Source: a virus. From it: DNA of 57,400 nucleotides. The notes beneath the pieces were generated by a model. That model ran no database searches and was not told the origin of the DNA. It saw only the letters and a program-made list of their open reading frames with translations. Each line of letters starts with the position of its first letter. Position 1 is the stretch's first letter. The stretch is taken from IMG/VR virus record IMGVR_UViG_3300007516_000002. One strand, given 5' to 3'. Below, in pieces: positions 6,675-15,800 of the stretch. A program made the position numbers and the translations under genes.

Positions 6675-7201
6675 TTGGTGCGCCTCTTTACTGTGGAGGC
6701 CACATTAAGCGTGCCTCGGATTTCCATCAGCATCGAGCCTAGTGCGTTTCGACCCTCCCATCGCGTTGATCCTGGACGACGCACTACTCCCCACACGCGA
6801 TCCTCCCATGTAGTGCCTTCGAAGATCAAGCGGTCATTGCTCTGCAGCAACGCTTTGCATGCCTCAGGATGCTGGCCAAACTTATGCTGCAAAACATGCC
6901 ACATCACGCGGAACTTGATGTCCTCCCAGCTGCTCTTGAGATTGCATGCGCGACCCAGACCCTTTGCGTGCGCTGGGGTAGGAGCTTTTCGGATGTTTTC
7001 TGCCAATCGCGGTGAATTTGTCTTGGCGGCTGCAAATGCGTGCTCGCTGGTCGGGTAGACCTTCCTGCCCCAGCCAATGTCTACCTCGATGGGCAGCGGC
7101 GCGAAGTTGTCTAGGATGGACCACTCGCCGTCGAATATCCACATGATGTCGTCCGGTTTCGGGTCAACGACCAGCATCGGGTAGTCAGCGATTGTTTTCA
7201 T
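6671..7201 (-). CDS. NADAR (YbiA/DUF1768) family protein
   Basis: LDNFAPLPIEVD..YPTSEHAFAAAK..WEDIKFRVMWHVLQHKFGQHPEACKALLQS..GRNALGSMLMEIRG aligns by eye along its whole length with E. coli YbiA. AAGGAGA RBS. Confidence 0.8.
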   Translation of the reverse strand: MKTIADYPMLVVDPKPDDIMWIFDGEWSILDNFAPLPIEVDIGWGRKVYPTSEHAFAAAKTNSPRLAENIRKAPTPAHAKGLGRACNLKSSWEDIKFRVMWHVLQHKFGQHPEACKALLQSNDRLIFEGTTWEDRVWGVVRRPGSTRWEGRNALGSMLMEIRGTLNVASTVKRRTK

Positions 7202-7246
7202 TCAGGTTCTCCTTGTTGGGAAGCGCATCACGCAATCCTGGTTTTG

Positions 7247-7426
7247 TCATTCGTAACTGACGTCGATAATAGTAGCTTCGACACCACGGTCATTAAAAAT
7301 GGCGCAAGTGATCTCTCCCGCCTTCGAAAGGCTCTCGCACCAGATGGCAGTGCCATCGGGATCCAACACCAGCAGGTTTGTCGGTTCGTTGACCCACTTC
7401 CTGATTTCAATTCCGCAAATAATCAT
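7247..7426 (-). CDS. Hypothetical protein (59 aa; below the ORF-track cutoff)
   Basis: My own translation is MIICGIEIRKWVNEPTNLLVLDPDGTAIWCESLSKAGEITCAIFNDRGVEATIIDVSYE. AAGGAGCACTAAA precedes ATG 7426. Confidence 0.55.
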   Translation of the reverse strand: MIICGIEIRKWVNEPTNLLVLDPDGTAIWCESLSKAGEITCAIFNDRGVEATIIDVSYE

Positions 7427-7443
7427 TTTAGTGCTCCTTGGTT

Positions 7444-7740
7444 TCAGACGATTTCAAACGCTGGCCCGTGCGTGGTGGCAATCTGCTGGCCAGAAAACTG
7501 GTGGATGATGCGAAGCTGCCGCACGTAGATGAGGTAGCCGACCGCCACCGAAACGTGGTGGTTGCAGCCGTTGTGCGTGAAGCTCTCGTTCAGCTTGCCG
7601 CGCATGATCTCCGCGTTGGCGTCCGTCGGCTTGCCGTGCGCTGTGACGTTGGCGCTGCCGCGAACGTTCCAGTTGATGGCGTGCCATCCGGACTGGTCCT
7701 GGTATTCTGCGCGGTAGGTCGGGGTGATGATGCGTCCCAT
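7444..7740 (-). CDS. Hypothetical protein (98 aa), first gene of the early-left operon
   Basis: AAGAGGAGAGCAGGCTAT precedes ATG 7740. The remainder of the listed 251-aa ORF is antisense to the resolvase-like gene. Confidence 0.6.
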   Translation of the reverse strand: MGRIITPTYRAEYQDQSGWHAINWNVRGSANVTAHGKPTDANAEIMRGKLNESFTHNGCNHHVSVAVGYLIYVRQLRIIHQFSGQQIATTHGPAFEIV

Positions 7741-7773
7741 ATAGCCTGCTCTCCTCTTGGTTGCGGTAGTTAT

Positions 7774-7802
7774 CGTATAGGTTATGCGCGTCGTCTTATC
7801 AA
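7774..7802 (-). promoter_or_regulatory. Leftward promoter of the early-left operon (TTGATA-N17-TATACG)
   Basis: The rc of 7797-7802 is TTGATA and the rc of 7774-7779 is TATACG. It lies in the divergent intergenic region 7741-7870. Confidence 0.45.
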
Positions 7803-7870
7803 CATCAAAAGACGAGCTTGCCGTTTTATTTGCGTTAGGGCAAGTAAGTCGAATATGCTGGGGAGTCAAT

Positions 7871-8290
7871 ATGCTAGGACCGCGCGGAGCGAAGGCCAAG
7901 GGCGCTACTGCCGAACGCGAGCTGGCAGCGATCCTCACTGAGTGGGCGACCACGGCCGGCATCTCCATCGACCTGATGCGCAACCTGGAACAGACCCGAT
8001 CCGGCGGCCACGACTTGGTCGGTACCGAGCCATACGGCATCGCCATCGAGGTCAAACGAGTCGAGGCCTTGGCGATGCCCGCGTGGTGGCGACAGGCCAC
8101 GCGACAAGCGGAGGCGATTGGCTGCTCTCCCGTCCTAGCGTGGCGACAGAACAGAAAGCCTTGGCGGTTTCGCGTCTTGGCGTTTGTCTGGCCATGCAAC
8201 GATCAGCTCGTCCTGGACATGGACGGCGCAGAGTTCAGGAAATGGTTTTTAAGCAAGCTAGTAGTTGCGACGTCGACGTTTAAGGAGTAG
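7871..8290 (+). CDS. PD-(D/E)xK nuclease, Holliday-junction-resolvase-like
   Basis: KGATAERELA ... GGHDLVG ... IAIEVKR supplies the E / D / E-x-K motif set. GGGGAG lies 6 nt before ATG 7871. Confidence 0.5.
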   Translation: MLGPRGAKAKGATAERELAAILTEWATTAGISIDLMRNLEQTRSGGHDLVGTEPYGIAIEVKRVEALAMPAWWRQATRQAEAIGCSPVLAWRQNRKPWRFRVLAFVWPCNDQLVLDMDGAEFRKWFLSKLVVATSTFKE

Positions 8291-8320
8291 TGATGCGCCA
8301 TCGAAAACAAGGAGACCACA

Positions 8321-8632
8321 ATGAACAACGCTTGGACTGACATCGACGCCGCAGGATATCTTCCTGAGATCATCAGCGACCGCGATCCACGACCTGTTCG
8401 CCAGCAGATTGAGAGCAATTACGCACACGGCGGCGGATGGAATCCCCTGAGCGGCTTCAGCCTGCACTTGAACCAGGGAATCGGTTGCGCAAAGCTCCTC
8501 TACCCCGGCGATCCTGCCATGCATGAATGCTCACGGACGCACATCCGCGATGAGCTCGTAATCTTGTTCGAATGCGACTGGGTGGCCGTGGTGCAGAACG
8601 ACGGATCATTTGCAGCAACGAGGATGGATTAG
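8321..8632 (+). CDS. Conserved phage hypothetical protein (103 aa)
   Basis: AAGGAGACCACA precedes ATG 8321. Confidence 0.65.
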   Translation: MNNAWTDIDAAGYLPEIISDRDPRPVRQQIESNYAHGGGWNPLSGFSLHLNQGIGCAKLLYPGDPAMHECSRTHIRDELVILFECDWVAVVQNDGSFAATRMD

Positions 8633-8634
8633 AC

Positions 8635-8721
8635 ATGGCCGCTGGCACACCAATCACATCAGCAGCAATCCAAGCTGCATTCGCTGCGCTGCCTCCGGAT
8701 GCGCTGCCGGTGAAGCCATGA
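8635..8721 (+). CDS. 28-codon micro-ORF (MAAGTPITSAAIQAAFAALPPDALPVKP)
   Basis: It fills the gap between 8632 and 8718. Its stop overlaps the next start (ATGA at 8718-8721). Confidence 0.3.
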   Translation: MAAGTPITSAAIQAAFAALPPDALPVKP

Positions 8722-8906
8722 CCGACCGGTGCCCGGTATCAACAAAGGACTGCCCCAATGACGACACCTGCGACGGGTGCCTCGAGTTCATGAACACCTG
8801 TGATCAGTGCCTTGGGGCAGGTCACGTCGACTCCGACGGTTGGAACGAGGGGCGCGATGGGAAAACGCTATGCAATGCATGCTTTGACAAACTGGAGACG
8901 TCATGA
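8718..8906 (+). CDS. Cys-rich small protein (62 aa)
   Basis: MTDRCPVSTKDCPNDDTCDGCLEFMNTCDQCLG...CNAC. ATG at 8718. Confidence 0.55.
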   Translation: MTDRCPVSTKDCPNDDTCDGCLEFMNTCDQCLGAGHVDSDGWNEGRDGKTLCNACFDKLETS

Positions 8907-9124
8907 TTACTTTTTACTTGGATGCCGACAAGTTTGACGCCTTTCGCGGCGTTCTTATAGTATGGCTTAGGGATAATCGACTGACGGCTGGGATGCACGT
9001 CTTTCCGAATGACAACGTCATTCGCGTAACTGGCGGCGGATGCCCGAGAGCGACCATCGATGACCTTGTGCAGGACGCTGTTGTGGATCCGAAAACGATG
9101 GTGTATGTGATTGAAGACAAATGA
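8903..9124 (+). CDS. Hypothetical protein (73 aa)
   Basis: GGAGACGTC precedes ATG 8903, which overlaps the previous stop. Confidence 0.6.
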   Translation: MITFYLDADKFDAFRGVLIVWLRDNRLTAGMHVFPNDNVIRVTGGGCPRATIDDLVQDAVVDPKTMVYVIEDK

Positions 9125-9390
9125 CGTACTACCACGCCAAGAAGGCTCTCGCGCTGGCCGCGGGAGCTCCTTACGCAACGCACTTTGAAGTGCGCGCAGA
9201 GCTGGAGCCAAACAATGGATGGGTTCTTGTGCTGTCCCCGGTCTACAAGGATGTGTTCGACTACCCACTCGGACCCCTGCTCGCCGTGGCAGAGATTGAT
9301 CTTTCAAACCACGCACGACTGCATCGCCGACCGGAAAGCCATAAGAAAATACAGCATTTGGCGTCGTCGGATAAACCTTGGATGAAGTAG
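9121..9390 (+). CDS. Hypothetical protein (89 aa)
   Basis: ATGA overlap with the previous gene. Confidence 0.6.
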   Translation: MTYYHAKKALALAAGAPYATHFEVRAELEPNNGWVLVLSPVYKDVFDYPLGPLLAVAEIDLSNHARLHRRPESHKKIQHLASSDKPWMK

Positions 9391-9419
9391 TTGACTGTGA
9401 TGGTGTAACTGCTTAGAAA
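9391..9419 (+). promoter_or_regulatory. Promoter of the TTGnnn-N17-TAGAnn class (TTGACT-N17-TAGAAA)
   Basis: TTGACT at 9391-9396, 17-nt spacer, TAGAAA at 9414-9419. It lies upstream of the DUF3489-like gene. Confidence 0.45.
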
Positions 9420-9467
9420 ACGAGTCAGGGCAAACCTGCCGCAACCAACGCAGAAGGAACCACGAAC

Positions 9468-10049
9468 ATGCAACTCACCGACACGCAGCTGATCATCCTG
9501 ACCCGCGCATCGCAGCACCCTGAGCTGATCGCCATGCCTTTGCCTGCCAATCTCCGCGGCGGCGCGGCCACCAAGACGGTGGCATCGATGATGGCCAAGG
9601 GCTTGCTGATCGAGGTCGAGGCCAACCTGCGGGTTGGCGATCCGATGTGGCGCGAGACCGGCGACGGCCACGGGGTTACGCTGATGGCCACTGCAGCCGG
9701 GATGGCTGCTATCGGGATCGAGCCGGAAGCCCCTGCTGACGCCCCAGAAAGCGCACCACAGGCGCCTCTGGCGGATCCCACGCACGACGCTGCCAGCCCA
9801 TCCCTGGATGCAGCCCCTGCGCCAGCAGAAACGCCTGTCAAGGCCAAGCCTGCCAAGGCCAAGAACAGCAAGCAGGCTGCGCTGATCGAGATGCTGGTTG
9901 CCGGAACGACAGCCGCTGAGGCTGCCGCCGGTCTGGGCTGGGAAATCCACACAGTGCGCGGCGCGATCTTCGGAGCCATCAAAAAGGCTGGTTACATCAT
10001 CACATCAGAAAAGGTGGATGGTCGCGGACGGGTCTACCGGACTTCCTGA
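9468..10049 (+). CDS. DUF3489-like winged-helix DNA-binding protein
   Basis: The C-terminal SKQAALIEML..GWEIHTVRGAIFGAIKKAGYIITSEKVDGRGRVYR matches the DUF3489 signature as I remember it. Pro/Ala-rich linker. Confidence 0.6.
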   Translation: MQLTDTQLIILTRASQHPELIAMPLPANLRGGAATKTVASMMAKGLLIEVEANLRVGDPMWRETGDGHGVTLMATAAGMAAIGIEPEAPADAPESAPQAPLADPTHDAASPSLDAAPAPAETPVKAKPAKAKNSKQAALIEMLVAGTTAAEAAAGLGWEIHTVRGAIFGAIKKAGYIITSEKVDGRGRVYRTS

Positions 10050-10100
10050 ACAGCAGCTTGCCATCGGGGTGGGATTCAGCTAACGCTGGAGCTTGCCCTG

Positions 10101-10748
10101 ATGGAGGTGTTCATGGTCGATGTGTGGCAGATACTAAACGTCAAGCCCTACGCAGCCACATTTCAGCTAGTGGAAAAGATAACAGGTTGCGTTGTCGACC
10201 TTCCTGGACCACGCAAGGGGCGTCCGCTGGTTACCTTTCCGCAAGACGCACCAGCCGCTTGGACACCTGTCACGTCAAGCAGATACAGACTTCCCCGAAC
10301 AAGCAAGTACATCGAACGAATGCAACTTATGCTGGGCGGTGTCGTCTTTGTGGATCCTGAAATCGCGGACCAGCTTGTCATGAGTGCACTGCGCGGGGAA
10401 ACTATCCTCGGAGGCAAGTACGTGAAGGTGGAGCACTTCATGGTGAACGACCACGTGTGCCTTGTGGCGGAGCAGGAGCTGGCACACATGCGTGCAATTG
10501 AAAGATCCTCCTGGGAAAAACGAGCAAAAACCGACAAGCATGGGCTTCCGAAGCTCAAACCAGGCGACAAGGTGACCATAAAAAGCAGCGTGCTGGGATT
10601 GCACGGAACGGTCAACCGTGTTTCAGGGGACCAAATAAAGGTCACACTTGCCAACGGCGTGCTTCAATCTGCCGTGGTTTCGCGTTTAATGCTTGACTTA
10701 ATCCCTGTGGCAGGCAATTTGTCGACTCAATCAGCTGTTGCGCGCTAA
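10101..10748 (+). CDS. Hypothetical protein (215 aa; alternative start 10113)
   Basis: Long ORF in the rightward operon. Confidence 0.6.
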   Translation: MEVFMVDVWQILNVKPYAATFQLVEKITGCVVDLPGPRKGRPLVTFPQDAPAAWTPVTSSRYRLPRTSKYIERMQLMLGGVVFVDPEIADQLVMSALRGETILGGKYVKVEHFMVNDHVCLVAEQELAHMRAIERSSWEKRAKTDKHGLPKLKPGDKVTIKSSVLGLHGTVNRVSGDQIKVTLANGVLQSAVVSRLMLDLIPVAGNLSTQSAVAR

Positions 10749-10766
10749 GCACGACGCGATTAGATC
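10738..10766 (+). promoter_or_regulatory. Promoter of the TTGnnn-N17-TAGAnn class upstream of terS (TTGCGC-N17-TAGATC, with GATTAGA core)
   Basis: TTGCGC at 10738-10743, 17-nt spacer, TAGATC at 10761-10766. Confidence 0.45.
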
Positions 10767-10813
10767 AAGCTGGGGATGGCCCACGCGAGAGGGAGTTTGC
10801 CGAAAGGGCGGAT

Positions 10814-11329
10814 ATGCGCATGAACAGCACGAAGGCTTGGCGCAATCTCTCCAACGGATCCCACCCATTCACCACAGCCGCCGAGCTACTCGCGGCAGCG
10901 ACTGAGTACTTCCAGTGGTGTGATGATCATCCGCTCCTCGAGGAGGACGTGGCAGTCTACCAAGGTGACGTGACACGCTTCGACAAGAAAAAGGTGCGGC
11001 CGTACACGCTGCGCGGATTGGCCATTTACCTTAACATTGGCATCGGAAGGCTGGAACGCTATCGCACAGACGTTGCTGACTTTGGTGCCGCCATGGAGCT
11101 TATCGACCAAGTTATCTACACGCAGAAGTTTGAGCACGCCGCCGTAGGACTCATGAACGCGAGCCTTATCAGTCGCGATTTGGGACTGGCAGACAAGCAA
11201 GAGCTCACTGGCGCGAACGGAGGCGCGATCAGAACACTTGATCTCGCTTCCGAGGCGCACATCCTAGACGAGGCGCGCAGACTTGGTATTGACGTGACCG
11301 CGCTTGGATTTGGTGTTGGGAAAACATAA
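10814..11329 (+). CDS. terS: Terminase small subunit
   Basis: ELLAAATEYFQWCDDHPL...RPYTLRGLAIYLNI is typical of small-terminase HTH families. It lies directly upstream of terL. Confidence 0.7.
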   Translation: MRMNSTKAWRNLSNGSHPFTTAAELLAAATEYFQWCDDHPLLEEDVAVYQGDVTRFDKKKVRPYTLRGLAIYLNIGIGRLERYRTDVADFGAAMELIDQVIYTQKFEHAAVGLMNASLISRDLGLADKQELTGANGGAIRTLDLASEAHILDEARRLGIDVTALGFGVGKT

Positions 11330-12827
11330 CGCCATCGATAGCGCCGCTGCGCTTCAATTGCTCGCATCGGCCGTAGCGCTTCGAAAAAGCCGGGAGCTGG
11401 GGCCGAGCGGAACGCTTCTGCCGTTCATGAGGTGGTACTTTACAGAACGAGAGGGTCTGGATCTTATCGTCGGTCCGCACCACCATATAATCACGAACAC
11501 TCTTGACCGCGTGTATTCAGGGGAAATTACACGCCTGATCATCACAATGCCTCCAGGATACACCAAGACCGAGTCTGCTGTGGTCAACTTTATCGCCAAG
11601 GGGTTTCAGATTAATCCGGCCGCGAGATTTATTCACGCGACTTTTTCAGACCAGCTTGCTGGTGAAAACAGCGAAAAGATACGAAACTTTGTCTCGCTCG
11701 ACAGCTACCAAGCGATGGCGGAGCCAAAGTTCACGGTCAAGACAGACAGCAAGGCCAAGGATCGCTGGCAGACAACCTCCGGCGGCGGTGTGCTGGCCAA
11801 AGCAGCCGGCGGACCAATTACAGGCTTCCGCGCTGGCTACATGGACAAGACCAAGTTCACTGGTGCGCTGGTTATTGACGATCCGCTGAAGCCTGACGAC
11901 GCGTTCAGCCCGAACAAACGGCTGCAGGTCAATCGCAGGGCAACAAACACATTCCGCAACCGACTGGCACATGAGGGCGTGCCGATCATTGTGGACATGC
12001 AGCGACTGCACAACGACGACTTTGTTGGGCATCTGCTCCGAGGCGGATCCGGCGACTATTGGCACCATCTTGATCTGCCTGTTATCATCGAGAGCACAGA
12101 CGTCGAGTATCCTAGGGAGTGGACGCACGGGATTCCAATTCCGCACAACCTGCCCGTCGGTCCGCTATGGGAAGAAAAGCACAGCCTCGAGCAAATCGAG
12201 GTTCTGAAGGTCGACGCGTACACATACAACAGCCAGTACCGCCAGCGACCTACGAGCATCGAGGGGGCGCTTTTCGACATGGACTGCTTCAGGGAGTGGC
12301 ACGAGCTTCCTGAAATGGACTATTTCGGGATGTACGGTGACACAGCGCTTAAGACTGGCGAACGCAACGACTTCAGCGTATTCCAGCTTTGGGGCAAGGC
12401 CAAGAACCGCTCTGGCATCTACCTGGTCGACCAGCTGCGTGGAAAATGGGAAGCCCCGGACCTAGAGAAGAATGCATTGTTCTTCTACAACAGATACCGG
12501 ACAATGGGTATTCACCCTCGCGGCTTCAAGATAGAGGACAAGGCCAGTGGCACAGGCTTGATTCAGGGGCTCAAGCGTAAGGGCGTGCCCGTCCAAGCCA
12601 TCCCGCGCGAGAGGGACAAATATACGCGAGGCCTGGATGCAGCGCCTTGGGTTTCCTCGGGAATGGTATGGCTACCCAAGAATGCGCCATGGATTAACCA
12701 CCTCCGATCCGAACTTGCGACCTTCGACGGGCTTGGCAGCGGCCACGATGACCAAGTCGACCCGATGATGGACGCGATAAACGACATGCTTTCCGGCAAT
12801 GACCGGATCAACCTGGACAACCTTTGA
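11304..12827 (+). CDS. terL: Terminase large subunit (non-ATG start likely; start uncertain)
   Basis: PPGYTKTE (Walker-A-like), LVIDDPLKPDD (Walker B) and a C-terminal nuclease-like GHDDQVD. Overlaps the terS end. Confidence 0.85.
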   Translation: MDLVLGKHNAIDSAAALQLLASAVALRKSRELGPSGTLLPFMRWYFTEREGLDLIVGPHHHIITNTLDRVYSGEITRLIITMPPGYTKTESAVVNFIAKGFQINPAARFIHATFSDQLAGENSEKIRNFVSLDSYQAMAEPKFTVKTDSKAKDRWQTTSGGGVLAKAAGGPITGFRAGYMDKTKFTGALVIDDPLKPDDAFSPNKRLQVNRRATNTFRNRLAHEGVPIIVDMQRLHNDDFVGHLLRGGSGDYWHHLDLPVIIESTDVEYPREWTHGIPIPHNLPVGPLWEEKHSLEQIEVLKVDAYTYNSQYRQRPTSIEGALFDMDCFREWHELPEMDYFGMYGDTALKTGERNDFSVFQLWGKAKNRSGIYLVDQLRGKWEAPDLEKNALFFYNRYRTMGIHPRGFKIEDKASGTGLIQGLKRKGVPVQAIPRERDKYTRGLDAAPWVSSGMVWLPKNAPWINHLRSELATFDGLGSGHDDQVDPMMDAINDMLSGNDRINLDNL

Positions 12828-12828
12828 C

Positions 12829-15800
12829 ATGAATAAGCCTACTGCCTTTTCAGACGGACTGGAGAGCCTCACAGCGTCTCTCGGAACAGCACGTGATAAG
12901 GCGACGTCTGTTGCGTACGTCGAGAAGTACATCGACGATCAGCAGCTGACGGCGGCATACAAAACGTCGTGGCTGGCCAAGAAGATCATCGACATTCCAG
13001 CCAGCGACACGTTTCGCCGCTGGCGCGACTGGCAGGCAGAAGAAGACCAGATCGAGAAGCTGGAGGAGCTTGAGAAGAAGCTTGCCATCAAAGAGAAGAT
13101 GCTGCGCGCGTATAAGTTGGCGCGCCTGTACGGATGCTGCTACGTCTACTTTGATCTCGGCGATGATCCATCCCAACCGGTCGATCCAACAAAGGTAAAA
13201 CTCGGGGGCATTCGGTTTGCAACTGTGCTGACGCACAGGCAGCTGAGTCCAGGCGAGATTGAGCAGGATGCACTGTCAGATCTATTCGGAAAACCGAAGT
13301 GGTTTGACGTGGTTGGTCCGACAACGGCTGGCATCGTGCGCATTCATCCTTCCCGCATTATTGTTCTGCTGGGCGCGGAAAGCCCCGATGAGAACCTGCT
13401 GATCGGAAGCCGTGAAGGATTCGGATTTCGTCTCGGAACAAGCGTGCTGTCCGCGGCACTGCCTGCGGTTAAGCACTTCGATTCCGTTGCGGCTAACATT
13501 GCGTCTCTGGTGTTCGAGGCCAAGATCGACGTGATCAAGGTCAAGGGATTGATGCAGATCGCAGGCAATCCTTACGAGGAACGCAAGCTGCTGGCGCGCT
13601 ACGCTCTTGCTGCAACCGCCAAGGGCAACAACGGCATGCTGATCCTTGATGGTGACACGGAGGAATACGAACAGAAGACGTACAGCTTCGCAGGCTTGCC
13701 CGACATCATGGACCGGTACAGCCAGAATGCATGCGGCGCTGGCGATGTTCCAATGTCGCGACTGTTCGGCAAAGCGCACAGCGGAATCGGAGCTACTGGG
13801 GCCGGTGAAAACGACACGCGCAATTACTACGACCATTTGTCCGCGAATCAGGAGCTTAACGTCACACCCGCAATGGCAACGTTTGACGAATGCCTGCTTT
13901 ATGCAGCGCTAGGCTCACGCCCTCCCGAGGTGCATTATCTCTGGGCGAGCCTGTGGCAGAACAGCGACAAGGAGCGGTCGGAGCTTGGTAGGATAGGCGT
14001 AGCCACCATTAAGACCCTCAAGGATACTGGGCTGATCCCTGATGAGGTGCTCTCTCGCGGAGCCGTCAACATGCTCACTCAGGCTGGCGTTATCCCCGGC
14101 TTGGAGGCAGAGTATGACGCGTACTTCGAAGAAGGCGGCGAAGCTCCATGGGACATGGACGAAGAGGGCGAGGACGGTACTGCGGAGGCGATGGTTCCGC
14201 CGAAGAAGCCCGCAGCGCAGAAGGTAGCCGACGAGCAACCGCGGGTACCAGCTGGAAGCCCTGAGGGTGGGCAGTTTGGTAAAGGGAGTGGACGTGCGCT
14301 TCCTATTCTGACAAAGGAGGACATAAACGGCAATGACAGGGACGCGTTTATCTCCGTGCGGCGATGGTCGGCGTCGTATAGCACTCAAATACGCGAGGGA
14401 TATCATCGCTTTTACAAGGACGGGGAATGGGATGCGCCTGCAGAGGTTCGCAACGCCGGTCCATTCGAGGAAGACTTTGGTTACAAGGCTGCCAAAGAAC
14501 TACATTCGAATGTCTTTGAAAAGTACACAGGTAACCACAGTGGTGATACGGCTGTTCGCGTCATCGACTTCGCTTCCGATGACGCGGCTTTTTCACGCAT
14601 GGCGTCGTTGAAACCAGGGGATACGTTTTCCGACACCGCTCCGTCGTCTTGGGCAAAAGACTCGTCCGGACTGGCCAACTACTACGGATCAAAGAACAAT
14701 ATTGTGTTTGAAATCACGGGCGGCACACCCAGGGCAACGTTTGATGTTGGACAAGCTGCATCCGTGGTCAAAGAAAGAGAGCTTTTAATTGGTCCAGGCG
14801 CTAAGTTTACCGTGGTAAGCAATAAGCATGTAAAAGCCTACCAGATCGGATCAGAAGAGCATGGATTTAACCGTGCTGACGCACAAGTGATTACGCTTCG
14901 TTCTGTCGCAGAAGACGTTATTGGCGACGGCTACATGGAACAGCCTCGCGTGCCCAAAGGCAACCCGACCGGAGGCGAGTGGGGATCCGAGAGCAGCACA
15001 TGGTCTGGTGGCGGTTGGACGCCAAAGGCAAAGTCTGAAAAGTCGCTGTCAGCTATTCTGGCTGAGGTGAAGGCAGAGACCAAGGTCAAGGAAACATCGC
15101 CAAAGCCTGACAACAAAGCCAATGCCACGGCAGAGAATACGGATGCCATCAATGCGTACGCGCAAGGAAAGATTACCAAGTCAGAGCTTGACGCTATCCT
15201 GATCGCAAATCTACCGCCGACGAAGAATGCCACAGCGGTAGAGACACAGGCCAGTATAAACAACAAGTCCGCCGCTGCTGAAGACGAAGCCTTCGCGGCG
15301 TATGGACAGGGCAAGATTACCAAATCTGAATTCGACGCTATCCTGATGGCAAACGAACAACTGACCGCCGCACCGACGCCGAAAGTCAAGAATCTCACGC
15401 CGAAGCAGAAGGCGCTAAACGCGCTTAATTCGCACAAGGCGAAGCTGGAGGCGCAGAAGGCTGCTCTTGGCACGACAGCTGCGGCGCCTGATCCGAGTAA
15501 CGCGCAGGTTGGATCCTCGTCGATAACATCCGCGTCACTACTGGCTGGAAACTGGAACTGGGACGCCGTGGAGAAGAACTTCGGTAAAGAGCCTCCGCCG
15601 CTAACAGCACAAACAGCAAGTCAAAAGCTGGCCGCCGATCACGCGCCCCTCTCCGCTGGTGAAAAGATGTTTACCACGGATTACACTGGTAGCGAGTACT
15701 CACATATCAACTACGCGCTTAGAAGTGGGCAAGATCACTACAAGATGTCGGAAATTGACTCCGCCATTGCGAAAAGCTCCGCGAAGAAGGACTTGGTGGT

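Noticed and set aside
7444-8199. 251-aa minus-strand ORF spanning the divergent promoter region.
   Set aside because: Only the last 98 codons (from ATG 7740 with AAGAGGAG) are credible. The upstream part covers the intergenic promoters and is antisense to the resolvase-like gene.
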